Assembly: GCA_965205485.1 (NCBI GenBank)
Contig: OZ242180.1
Coordinates: forward strand, 416,001-480,000
Source: Candidatus Latescibacterota bacterium
GTDB taxonomy: Bacteria; Latescibacterota; UBA2968; GCA-2709665
Length of the DNA stretch: 64,000 nt
Direction of reading: 5' to 3'
In this document: positions 29,243 through 38,722 of the stretch, in pieces
How the letters are laid out: every line of letters starts with the position of its first letter
How positions within the stretch are numbered: the stretch's first letter is position 1
Notes under the pieces: generated by a model
Database searches by the model: none
The model's input: only the letters and a program-made list of their open reading frames with translations
Told to the model about the DNA's origin: nothing
Translations under genes and position numbers: made by a program

Positions 29243-30826
29243 ATGATTGGCCAGCAGAGTACAAATGGTTGGGACAGGGCGATTCGGAGTCGCAAGAGCG
29301 ATCTGATCTCACGGTTGGAGTCCATCTACGGCAACAATGAAGACCTGATTGAAGAACGCCTCGGCGCCCTCCTGGAGACCGTGACTCAATTCGGAGAGAC
29401 CTTCGGCGAGAGGGACGTCAGCTTTGTCAGGGCGCCGGGCAGGCTCAACACGGTGGGTATGCACGCCGACCACCGGGGCGCCTTCATCAACCCGATTTCC
29501 CTCGACAAAGAGATACTCATCTGTTTCTCCCGAAGAGAAGATGACCGCGTGGAAGTCCGCAATCTGGACCCGGCCTATGGAGACCGTCGATTCCGGTTGT
29601 CAGACATTTATCCGGAAGCGCCAATCCGTTCGGACGCCGAGTGGCTGGACTGGACGCAGGAGAAAACCGACGAACGCAAGGCCGCGGGTGTGAACGAAGA
29701 CTGGATCACCAAGCTTCAGGCGCCGCCGGCCTACCTCTACACCCGATACCCCGCGAAGCGACTCCGCGGGTTCGACGGTGTCATGGGAAGCAGCCTGCCC
29801 GACATGGGTGGGCTGAGCTCTTCGTCCGCGGTCATTGTCGCGACCACCGAAATCATGACACAGATCAACGATATCGACCTGGACGACGGGCAGTTCGTGA
29901 GGTACGCGGGCACCGCGGAGTGGTACGTGGGCACCCGCGGGGGTTTCGGCGACCACGCAGCGATAAAATGCGGGCAACTTGGCAAAATCACCCACATGAA
30001 GACCCTGCCGGAATTGATGATCGACGCCTATCTTCCGTTCCCGGACGGTTATCAAATCATCATCTTCGACTCGGGCATACAGGCGAACAAGACCGGCGGC
30101 GCGGGGCAAAAATTCAACGAGAAGACGGCGACGTATGAAATTGGAGAGGTCTATCTCCGAAGCTATCTCGAAACGCACCACTCCGATGCGATCCGGGGGG
30201 TAGTGGCGGCCAGGAAGGATCTGGATATCGAGAAAAAGTTCCACCTCGGCGACGTTATCGAATGTCTCGACCAACCCGAGATCTACGCGCTGATACAATC
30301 CTTGCCGGAACGGATCGACCAGCGTGAGCTCCTGCGCCAGCTACCGGACCAGGAAGCATTTCTCAAACAGCATTTCGCCACCCACGATGAACCGGCCGGC
30401 GGCTACGAGATTCGCATGGTCATCGCGTACGGCATCGCCGAATCCGCGCGAAGCAGGAATCTCAAGGACGTCCTGAACAGGAACCGCGTGGATCTGTACG
30501 GGCAACTGATGAACGTCTCCCATGACGGCGACCGCATCCACCTGGACGCGCCCCGATTCGACCCGGAGAAAGACCTGCACCTCCAACCGGGCGACTACAA
30601 CTGCAGCATCCCCGAAATCGACGAGATGGTCGACCTTGCAATTGATGCGGGAGCGGTCGGTGCGCAGATTTCCGGCGCCGGTCTTGGAGGCAGCATGATG
30701 GTCCTCGTCGAATCAGGAGGCGTCGAAGGTATCGTCGAGGCCATGCGGGCGCGGTATTATCAACCCCGCGGGATCCTGGAAAGACTGACGGTCGCGTCTC
30801 CGGTTCAGGGGGCAGGGGTGTTGTAG
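29243..30826 (+). CDS. Galactokinase / N-acetylgalactosamine-kinase-like GHMP sugar kinase
   Basis: RAPGRLNTVGMHADH, PDMGGLSSSSA, GGFGDH, GAQISGAGLGG; start at ATG 29243 uncertain. Confidence 0.85.
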   Translation: MIGQQSTNGWDRAIRSRKSDLISRLESIYGNNEDLIEERLGALLETVTQFGETFGERDVSFVRAPGRLNTVGMHADHRGAFINPISLDKEILICFSRREDDRVEVRNLDPAYGDRRFRLSDIYPEAPIRSDAEWLDWTQEKTDERKAAGVNEDWITKLQAPPAYLYTRYPAKRLRGFDGVMGSSLPDMGGLSSSSAVIVATTEIMTQINDIDLDDGQFVRYAGTAEWYVGTRGGFGDHAAIKCGQLGKITHMKTLPELMIDAYLPFPDGYQIIIFDSGIQANKTGGAGQKFNEKTATYEIGEVYLRSYLETHHSDAIRGVVAARKDLDIEKKFHLGDVIECLDQPEIYALIQSLPERIDQRELLRQLPDQEAFLKQHFATHDEPAGGYEIRMVIAYGIAESARSRNLKDVLNRNRVDLYGQLMNVSHDGDRIHLDAPRFDPEKDLHLQPGDYNCSIPEIDEMVDLAIDAGAVGAQISGAGLGGSMMVLVESGGVEGIVEAMRARYYQPRGILERLTVASPVQGAGVL

Positions 30827-30846
30827 AGTGTTGTCGCGCACGGTCG

Positions 30847-30889
30847 AAAACAAAAAAGGAGCCGGAAATTCCGGCTCCTTTTTTGTTTT
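30847..30889. terminator. Bidirectional intrinsic terminator
   Basis: AAAACAAAAAAGGAGCCGGAA-A-TTCCGGCTCCTTTTTTGTTTT between convergent genes. Confidence 0.85.
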
Positions 30890-30905
30890 GCCAACCCGGC
30901 TGCGA

Positions 30906-33900
30906 TTACTTGAGCAACATCAACCGCCTGGTGCCCTGAAACTTACCCGCAACCGAGATCCGATAGAAGTAAATTCCACTCGAAACCGATACGCCGCGGT
31001 CGTCCATACCGCTCCACTGCACCGTATACCGTCCGGGCGCCTGGCGCTCGCGCACCAGCGTTCGAATTTCCTGACCCAGCAGGTTGTAGATCCTGAGTAA
31101 CACGTCGCCGCCTTCAGCCAGGTCGTACGGAATGTTGGTCTGCGGGTTGAACGGATTCGGATAGTTCTGGTGCAGCGCGAACTCCGTGGGTGTGCTCTGC
31201 ACGTCCAGCGCGCCAAGCGTCACCACCGGGTTCTGCAGCTGATTCCCGTCGAACACCACGCCCTGTGCGATCTCGAAGCGGGCGACCTCCTCGAACTCTC
31301 TCAGAACCTGGAACGTGAAGGTCACCAGGGCGCCTTCGCCGCTCACCGTTCCCGACTCGGTAATGAGGTTCACCACCGAGACCCGACCCTCTTCAGGCCA
31401 GTTCCTGAACAGCGGCGTCTCACCCCCCTCGGACTTCAGCAGATCGTTGTCGGCGGGTACGGCGCTGACGAACTCAAACTTGTCAGCGTCATACATCAGC
31501 TCCAGACCGTAGCCGTTTAGCGATTTGGCGTTGGCCATGGACACCGTCAACGAAATCGTCTCGCCAACCAGCACCTTGTCGCCGGCCAACTCGAGCGTCA
31601 TCTCCGTATCGGCGTTCGCACCCGGACGCCGCGGAACCACCGCCAGCTTGCTGCCGGCAGGCAACACCGCCGTGCGACCGAATGTCGCTGCCGCCGCTAC
31701 GAAGTCCGCGAAGTTGATCACGCCGTCGTCGTTCACGTCGGCCTGCGGGTTGTAGTTTTTATCGCCCTTCCGGCTGCCGAAGGCCGCACCGAAGGTGACG
31801 AAGTCCTCAAAGTCGACCTCGATGCTGCCGCCTTGCGCAGGCAGCGCCATCAGGTAGACGGGATCCCCGTTGGCGTCCACGAAGGACACACGGACGGAGA
31901 TGCCTGTAACCGTGATCAGATCGCTCATCGCGACGTTGTTATCGTCGAATGCGTCGATGCGATAAACCAGCGAGCTTACGCCGTCCGGCAGGTGGTCGTC
32001 GGTGAACCGGTTGGATCCCGGAGCCAGCGTGGCGATCTGCTTGAGGCCGTCGGCAGAAGCGCCTCGCATCACCGTGTAGCCCTTCACACCCAGGATCGGG
32101 ACGTTGTAGCCGTTATACGGAATGGAGCCAACAACATGATCGCTGGCCGAGGCCGTCCACCGCAGCACCACACCGCCTGCGCCTTCACCGGAAGCGTCGG
32201 TAACCGCGGCGGGAGCGATGTCGTCAATGGCTGCCACCGGCTCCTCCGTGGCCGTGCGGGCGGACGACAGAAAACTGCCCGCGGACGCATGGCCGGCGGT
32301 CCGGATGTTGGCCGGAATATTGGCGCTGCCGATCAGCCCGCTCACGTCGGGATTCGCCGGCGCGAAGATGACATTCTTCCGATCGCCAATGAGCGCCTTG
32401 ACGTAGTCTTCAGGCGCGTTGAACCGATCGTTCAGCTCTTCGTCCGTCAGAAGCTCCGCCTCGGGCATACCCAGCAACTGCACCGTCTGCCGGATGCTCT
32501 CCTTCGTGAACACGCGCTTGCCGGCCGTGGTCACCTCGGATTCTCCCGTACCGGTCACCGCCGTGACGCCCCAGTTGGTGGCCACGTTGTCAATTGCGGG
32601 AACGATCACGGTCTGCATGTCGCCGCCCGCGTCGCCCATTTCGTCACCGGCGTCAGCCGAGAAGCTGACCCTCGTCCACTCCATCCACTCCATCCTGGGC
32701 GCTTCCAGATCCACAAGATTGCCATCTTCATCCGTGGTCTGCGTGACCTCAACTTCACGCTCGATCCGGTAGTGAGTCACCGCATCGTGCTGCGCGGAGT
32801 TCGGGAAGCTGACCACGACAATGCCGCCCTGGTCGCCCTGCCCGTCCGCGCCCCTGTAGTCCTGCACCACGATATTGGCCGGCGCTGCAGGCGCGCCCGG
32901 ATCCGGGCCGTCTCCGTCGCCGGATACGATGCTGACCGTTACGCTGCCCGCGAGGGCGCCGGTTGTCGCGTCGTCGCCCGTTCCGGTTTCATAATCCTCT
33001 GCAACGGTCCTGACGCTGATCGTCGCGCTGCCGCCCGCGTCGGAGGCCACCGCCCCGTACGTGGCCCCTTCGATGCCGGTCACCATCTGCTGGCCGGAAG
33101 GCACGGTCACCGCGGCATTGCTGGACGCGAAGGTGAAGGCAATCGATTCATAATCCTTCGAGTCCGTATTGTTGTCAATCCTCAAACTGGGGTTGGCGAA
33201 CGAGTCGGTCGGTACCACGTGGACCGAAAACGCACCGGCCACGTTCTCAGTCGAGATCTCATCCTCGATGGCCGTGAGGGTGAACTTCGAAAACTCCGCG
33301 ACCTCGATGTTGATCGGCTTGGCCGCCTGGCCGCTGATACGCAGCGTGTAGGCACCGGTGGCGGGATCGTAGTCGCCCTCGGCCGCGTACAGGATCACGC
33401 CGGTGAGCGGCTTCTCGGACTTGAACTTGACGGTCCGCGAACCCGCGTGCCAGCCGTCGCCGTTCAGGATGGCGGCCTTCGCCACCATCCCCAGGGCGGC
33501 CAACTCGGCGGGTAGCGCGAACCCGGGCGCCGGAGACACGCCGGCGCCGCTGAAGCTCGCGGCTTCAAGCGCTTCGGCCTGGTCGCCGGAAACGATCGCG
33601 GCCAGCGCTGACGGCGTGTGATACGTCACCGCCCGAACGTCGGCGGCGTCACTATTCTGTTCCTTTTCGATACGTGTCAGCGTCGTGTCGAGCACGGACA
33701 GCGATATGGCGACGTCCACGCCGGCGACTTGCTTCTCTTCCAGATCAGGATCCGGCACAACCTTGAACATATCGGCGTCCGGATTCCCGAAACGCTCGGT
33801 GAACGTGAGCGTACCGCCGTCCGCCATTCTGACGTTACCCGCCAGGTCGAACGCCAGAATTTGCAGATGATACCGCTGGCTCTCGACGAAGCTGGTATCG

Positions 33901-35756
33901 TCTACCGGCCAGGTGACCAGTTCGTCCACCGTTTCCAGCCGGACGTGTCCGGGTCCCCAGGCCTGCACGATGGCCGGCCCGCCGCCCTCCTCGTGATAAC
34001 GTATGGACAGCGAATCCAGCTCTTCATTGATCTGGAAGACCGGATTCTTGGTGGTCAGGTTGATTGTGGGCGCGTCCTCGTTGTCCGCGTCCCCGGGCGC
34101 GGTCGGGGCTATTTCTTCGCCGTCAGCGCCCGCCAGGCCGGATCCCGTGGGGAACAGATTGCTGATCGTCGGAGCCTTCCAGTCGTACCGAATGCCCGAT
34201 AGGCTCATCTCGGACGCGTTGCCGAGGCTGTCCCAGACCTCGATCTTCAGGTCGTTTTGTACACCGCCAGGTTCGTCGTATCGCCAGAAAATCCGCGGCT
34301 CGTATGCGGTAGTTGTTGCGCGATCGTAGTCTTTCTGGGTAGGTGGCAGACCCTCGTCAGTAGAGGTGGCCGGATCATCGGTACTACCTTGACTGTACGT
34401 GCTGTCTCCATGGGTAATTATGACCGAATCGGGCACTTCACTCAAATCAATCCTTAGATTTTTTCCTGTATAAAACACCCTTCTTGCCTGCTCACCCGGC
34501 AATGGAATGTAGTTGCCGATGGTCCTCCCGAGAATCGCGATCAGAGGATCGTGCGATCCGGCCGCGATACTATCGGGATTGGGATAACTGACCGTTATCG
34601 TCGGCGCGGTCGCGTCTCCGATAATCGGGACGTTTGTCGCGGTTGTCGCATCGGCTGCGACTGTCGGGAATGCCGTATCGGCTGCGAGAACGCCATCGGT
34701 CCCGTGGAGGACTTTCCAATCGGCAGCGGCGGGCGCCGTAGCCGTACCGCCCACGTTACCGGCTTCGTCCACGAGATAAGCGAAGAGTTCGAGCCGCTGA
34801 TTGTCCGCAAACTGCCCCGCTTCAATTTTCGTCTCAGCGCTCGGATTCGGGCTGTACAGCCTGTCCCCGCGCAGCGTGACCTTCAACCGCGCATCGTCCC
34901 TGAAAGCGGCGGCTCTCGCCCCTTCCTCATTACCGACAAAGGGGCGATCCGATTCCTGCAGGGCCAGGATCGAGTCTGTGGGCACAAGGCCTACCTCGAT
35001 CCTGTCCGCCCTCGCGCCCAGAATCGAGGCGGTATTCAGTTTCAGCACCGCTTTGAATACCTTGTCTGTGATGATCTGGATCTCTCGGACGAGTTCCGGG
35101 TTGCCGCCCGTCGTATCGGTCAGTACGGTGTTTAACCCGGCCAGGTCCAGATCGATACTCGTAAATACGCCTGCATGAATCGGGCGAGCGCCGTCGACGC
35201 CGAAGAGTACCCCGTCACCCACGCGTGTGGCGCCGAAACCGGCGGTTGCGGGCGTGATCTTCCGGTTCCTCATCAGGTTGTTCAAGGGTTCTTCGTTGTC
35301 CGGATCCACCACAACCTTCAAGGCGTGGTTGGTGGCGCTCTCCAGACCGGCGTTGGCGACAACACCAATCTTGACCTTGAAAGTATCGACGCCTGACGTC
35401 GCACCGTCGCCCTTTACGATCTGATCCGTGTCGGTTGTTCCATTATAATTGTAACTGTAATACACCTTGGTCGCAAAATCGCTGGCGACAGTGGTGATAT
35501 CAACGCCTGTGGCGGTCTCACTGACGCTGGAGTCGATCACCGCCAGTTGGAAACCCTGATCGAGCCGGCCGTCGTAGCACAGGACCCGAACTCTGATCGT
35601 ATCACCGATCGCGGCCCATTCATTGGCCTTCGGCGTGTCGACGCGAATCAGGATACCCGGCGTGGCGGCCACCTCAACCTGCGCCGGGGCTGCACCAACC
35701 ATTCCGAAAACCAGCAGAAGCGCTATACTTAGACCTGAAACTGTCCTTAACAGCAT
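30906..35756 (-). CDS. Large surface protein with dockerin-like, cohesin and FlgD/T9SS-type C-terminal sorting domain
   Basis: Signal peptide; VDFEDF...ADVNDDGVINFADF; cohesin-like GYGLELMYDADKFEFV; FALHQNYPNPFNPQT...VSSGIYFYRI; GGAGG RBS. Confidence 0.85.
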   Translation of the reverse strand: MLLRTVSGLSIALLLVFGMVGAAPAQVEVAATPGILIRVDTPKANEWAAIGDTIRVRVLCYDGRLDQGFQLAVIDSSVSETATGVDITTVASDFATKVYYSYNYNGTTDTDQIVKGDGATSGVDTFKVKIGVVANAGLESATNHALKVVVDPDNEEPLNNLMRNRKITPATAGFGATRVGDGVLFGVDGARPIHAGVFTSIDLDLAGLNTVLTDTTGGNPELVREIQIITDKVFKAVLKLNTASILGARADRIEVGLVPTDSILALQESDRPFVGNEEGARAAAFRDDARLKVTLRGDRLYSPNPSAETKIEAGQFADNQRLELFAYLVDEAGNVGGTATAPAAADWKVLHGTDGVLAADTAFPTVAADATTATNVPIIGDATAPTITVSYPNPDSIAAGSHDPLIAILGRTIGNYIPLPGEQARRVFYTGKNLRIDLSEVPDSVIITHGDSTYSQGSTDDPATSTDEGLPPTQKDYDRATTTAYEPRIFWRYDEPGGVQNDLKIEVWDSLGNASEMSLSGIRYDWKAPTISNLFPTGSGLAGADGEEIAPTAPGDADNEDAPTINLTTKNPVFQINEELDSLSIRYHEEGGGPAIVQAWGPGHVRLETVDELVTWPVDDTSFVESQRYHLQILAFDLAGNVRMADGGTLTFTERFGNPDADMFKVVPDPDLEEKQVAGVDVAISLSVLDTTLTRIEKEQNSDAADVRAVTYHTPSALAAIVSGDQAEALEAASFSGAGVSPAPGFALPAELAALGMVAKAAILNGDGWHAGSRTVKFKSEKPLTGVILYAAEGDYDPATGAYTLRISGQAAKPINIEVAEFSKFTLTAIEDEISTENVAGAFSVHVVPTDSFANPSLRIDNNTDSKDYESIAFTFASSNAAVTVPSGQQMVTGIEGATYGAVASDAGGSATISVRTVAEDYETGTGDDATTGALAGSVTVSIVSGDGDGPDPGAPAAPANIVVQDYRGADGQGDQGGIVVVSFPNSAQHDAVTHYRIEREVEVTQTTDEDGNLVDLEAPRMEWMEWTRVSFSADAGDEMGDAGGDMQTVIVPAIDNVATNWGVTAVTGTGESEVTTAGKRVFTKESIRQTVQLLGMPEAELLTDEELNDRFNAPEDYVKALIGDRKNVIFAPANPDVSGLIGSANIPANIRTAGHASAGSFLSSARTATEEPVAAIDDIAPAAVTDASGEGAGGVVLRWTASASDHVVGSIPYNGYNVPILGVKGYTVMRGASADGLKQIATLAPGSNRFTDDHLPDGVSSLVYRIDAFDDNNVAMSDLITVTGISVRVSFVDANGDPVYLMALPAQGGSIEVDFEDFVTFGAAFGSRKGDKNYNPQADVNDDGVINFADFVAAAATFGRTAVLPAGSKLAVVPRRPGANADTEMTLELAGDKVLVGETISLTVSMANAKSLNGYGLELMYDADKFEFVSAVPADNDLLKSEGGETPLFRNWPEEGRVSVVNLITESGTVSGEGALVTFTFQVLREFEEVARFEIAQGVVFDGNQLQNPVVTLGALDVQSTPTEFALHQNYPNPFNPQTNIPYDLAEGGDVLLRIYNLLGQEIRTLVRERQAPGRYTVQWSGMDDRGVSVSSGIYFYRISVAGKFQGTRRLMLLK

Positions 35757-36117
35757 TGCTCACCTCCATGTGAAACAGGACGTTTGGATTTACACTCTTT
35801 GAACCTCTCTTACCAGGCTGAATCAAGACCTCTGCATCTGCGAGGCAGCCTCGGGAAAGCGACGGCGACTCTCCGGGAGCGGCCGCAGAATCCCTTCTAC
35901 ACCCGCTCTGCCGGTTCCCGCGTCTACCTGCGTCAAGGAGGCCCATACCGGATATAGTGGGAGCGGCAGGGCAACGTCGGCCTCGGTTGCCACCTGCGCC
36001 GGCGGCCGCCCTCGCGGGGGAGGTTGGTCACCTGCGGCAAAGCCCGCTTGACCGCTCCCACGACACAATGTTCACAAATAGCGAGTTTCAATCGTTGTAT
36101 ATATGTGATATAGAAAC

Positions 36118-36133
36118 ATATGAGTTCTCATAT
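36118..36133. promoter_or_regulatory. Palindromic operator candidate in AT-rich upstream region
   Basis: ATATGAG-TT-CTCATAT beside a minus-strand TATAAT. Confidence 0.4.
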
Positions 36134-36291
36134 TATACATATTCTCATGTAAATATCATAACTTAAATCTGAGTCGCCACTTCGGACGTGTCAAGCAGGA
36201 AGGTTTGTTCAGAAGTCCAAAAATTGTCTTGGGATACTTTTTCTTGTGTATGGAGGTGCGGACGGGAGTGTTTCGGGAGCGTCACATTTTG

Positions 36292-36330
36292 ACAAAAAAA
36301 AAGAGCCGGAAATTCCGGCTCCTTTTTGTT
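36292..36330. terminator. Intrinsic terminator of the methyl-transfer cluster
   Basis: GAGCCGGAAATTCCGGCTC hairpin with A/T tails; same core as 30847-30889. Confidence 0.8.
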
Positions 36331-36355
36331 CGGTCCAACCCGAGTTGGCTCTCTA

Positions 36356-36625
36356 TTATTTACCGCCCTGATCGTCGTAAGTCCGTTCAAGCTCCTCTGC
36401 AACGGACAGCAGGACCGTCTGCGGGTCCCCCGGACGTTCCCGCCGCTCACTCCACTGCCAGTGGGCCAGGTATGCGTCTGTTCCGGTCAGTCCCTCCACC
36501 ATCGCTCGGCGGTCGATCGCCTCCTGAAATTCCGGAGGCATCTGCCGCGCAACCCGACGCTTGCCGTCGAAGACCCGCACCTGCGCGGGGATGTCCTTCC
36601 AGTACAACACCTGGTATTCGGCCAC
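36356..36625 (-). CDS. 'Virulence factor' (PF13769-like) small protein associated with split methionine synthases
   Basis: YWKDIPAQV...FQEAIDRRAM...DAYLAHW. Confidence 0.8.
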   Translation of the reverse strand: MAEYQVLYWKDIPAQVRVFDGKRRVARQMPPEFQEAIDRRAMVEGLTGTDAYLAHWQWSERRERPGDPQTVLLSVAEELERTYDDQGGK

Positions 36626-36628
36626 CGG

Positions 36629-37639
36629 TCATCCTTTCCGTTGTCTCCCGTTCATCATCCCGTGGAAGGCCCGGATATGCGACGGCCCGGTCCCGCAACA
36701 GCCTCCGATGATGGCGGCGCCGGCGACGATCAACTCGGGGACGGCCCGTGCCATGTCCTCGGCGGTCTGGGAATAAGTCGTCCGTCCTGTCTCTCGCTCC
36801 AGTTTCGGGAGCCCCGCGTTGGGATAGGCCATCAGCCTGATCCCCTGGACTCCCCGCGACACCATTGCGTCTCTGAACTGCCGGATTCCGTTGATCGCGT
36901 AAGCCATCCCCGTATGTTCCACCCGCCGGGTCTCCGCTCCGCAATTCATCCCGACGATCCCTACGTGCTCCAGCAGATTGTCACCGTCCGAAAACTCGCC
37001 GGAACCCAGGAAATCCAGGAGATCGCCCGGCGAATGCCCCCAGTCCGTCCGGTAGATCACCTCGCCTGTTTTCCGGTCCTTCGTGTACTTGCACGTGAGA
37101 TTGATCGCGACGGGCAATCCGGTCTTCCGGGCCACGTCAGCCGCAATGGCGGCCTCTTTTGCGGAAAACATGGTCTCGATGCAGATCAGATCCACCCCGG
37201 CCTGCGCGAGCGCATGGATGACCTGCTCGTGCGCATCCCTTACCTTCACGTCCGCGATGCCGAAGTCGATATCCCCCGCGTCCGACTCGATAGCCCCGGG
37301 AGACGGTCCGACGGATCCCGCGATATAGACTGCCCTGTCGCTTTTTTCGACCGCCGTTTTCGCGTGTTCCACGGCCAGCCTGGCAATCTTTCCGGCATCG
37401 TTCGCGGCTTTCCCGGCCATTTCCAGGTGAAGCGGCGAAGCGACGAAGGTGTTGGTGCCGATGACGTCGGTTCCCGCTTCAATATAGGCGGCATGAATAT
37501 CGACCACCGCAGCCGGGTGCAATTCATTCGCGAGCGCACTGTTCGTCAGTTCGATGCGCCCCTTGAACAACTCCGAACCGAATCCCCCGTCGTAAACCAT
37601 AGGCCGGGCGTCTTCCATCCGATCGAGAAATTCCTTCAT
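36629..37639 (-). CDS. Homocysteine S-methyltransferase (stand-alone MetH N-terminal domain)
   Basis: DGGFGSEL, IHAAYIEAG..TNTF, Zn ligands GMNCG and GGCCGT, YPNAGLP. Confidence 0.9.
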   Translation of the reverse strand: MKEFLDRMEDARPMVYDGGFGSELFKGRIELTNSALANELHPAAVVDIHAAYIEAGTDVIGTNTFVASPLHLEMAGKAANDAGKIARLAVEHAKTAVEKSDRAVYIAGSVGPSPGAIESDAGDIDFGIADVKVRDAHEQVIHALAQAGVDLICIETMFSAKEAAIAADVARKTGLPVAINLTCKYTKDRKTGEVIYRTDWGHSPGDLLDFLGSGEFSDGDNLLEHVGIVGMNCGAETRRVEHTGMAYAINGIRQFRDAMVSRGVQGIRLMAYPNAGLPKLERETGRTTYSQTAEDMARAVPELIVAGAAIIGGCCGTGPSHIRAFHGMMNGRQRKG

Positions 37640-37665
37640 CTTCTCCCCTGTTCCCCCCTTGAGCG

Positions 37666-38712
37666 TTAACGGTAAGCGTCCAGCGCACCCTTCCGATACG
37701 CACGCAAAAATGCCTTGCACATGCGGTCCCTGCCCAGAAGCATGTCTTCCGCTATCCGGTACGGTTCCGTGTCCCGGTCCATGGTGAAAACGCGCTGCGG
37801 GCTGCTGGTTACCGGGTCGACAAGCCCGCTGTCCGCCCCGGCCTCGACGGCCAGAATGGTGAACACGTCGTTGATCAGGCGCCGGCACGGCAGCCCGAAT
37901 GAAACGTTGCTGAACCCGCCGGTGACGTGAATCCCGGGGCCGAATCTCGCGCGAAGCCTGCGAATCGCCTCGAAGCAGTGGTTGCCGAAACCGCCGTCCA
38001 CCGATATCGGAAAGACCAGGGCATCCACGAAAACATCCTCGATCCCGATCCCCCTCGACAACGCCGCGTCCACCATCCGGGACGCGTTTTCGACCCGCTC
38101 CTCCGCGTCCTGGGGCATACCGCTCTCGCCGGCGGCCGTCACGACAACCCTGGCGTTGAACCTCAAGGCCAGGTCCAGCGCCTCCAGGCGCTCCAGCGAT
38201 GCCGAGTTCAGCAGCGGCCGTCCAGCCCCGCCGTTGCAGGCCCCGAGTCCTTCTTCAATGGTCTCCACATTGGAGGAGTCAACGGATATCGGAACGGGGC
38301 TTACCTCCTGAACGGCGCCCACCAGCCATCGCATGGCCTTCTTCTGTTCGTCCAGTCGCAGTGAGACCTCGTCTACGTTCAGGTCCAGGTAGTCCGCCCC
38401 CGCTTCCACCTGGCGCTGAATCATCCGGTGCAGGTACGCCAGCCCGTCGTCCGCCTGTGGCGCAAGGCCGGACATCGCCGCCTGCACCGCGATCTTGACG
38501 TACTTGACGCGCCCTTCTTCGTAGTCCTGCGTCCGCTTGAAATCGTCGGGAATGGTCAGGAAGCGCCGCCTCTTGCGGGTGTCGTAATAGCGGACCGCTT
38601 CCACCCCATCGGGGTTCTTCACGACGAGTCGTCCCTTTCTCAGGACAATCCGTGTCGTGTGGATGTTCTCACCGATGACGATGAACTCGCCGTCCCGACC
38701 CTCCAGTTTCAT
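37666..38712 (-). CDS. Pterin-binding methyltetrahydrofolate:corrinoid methyltransferase (MeTr/AcsE-like)
   Basis: VIGENI, QVEAGADYLDLN, PISVDSS, LNSAS, GFSNVSFGLP. Confidence 0.88.
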   Translation of the reverse strand: MKLEGRDGEFIVIGENIHTTRIVLRKGRLVVKNPDGVEAVRYYDTRKRRRFLTIPDDFKRTQDYEEGRVKYVKIAVQAAMSGLAPQADDGLAYLHRMIQRQVEAGADYLDLNVDEVSLRLDEQKKAMRWLVGAVQEVSPVPISVDSSNVETIEEGLGACNGGAGRPLLNSASLERLEALDLALRFNARVVVTAAGESGMPQDAEERVENASRMVDAALSRGIGIEDVFVDALVFPISVDGGFGNHCFEAIRRLRARFGPGIHVTGGFSNVSFGLPCRRLINDVFTILAVEAGADSGLVDPVTSSPQRVFTMDRDTEPYRIAEDMLLGRDRMCKAFLRAYRKGALDAYR

Positions 38713-38722
38713 CGTATACCCC

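Noticed and set aside
36356..36625. Interpreting the 'virulence factor' family name as pathogenicity
   Set aside because: Context shows it belongs to the methyl-transfer / split methionine synthase cluster
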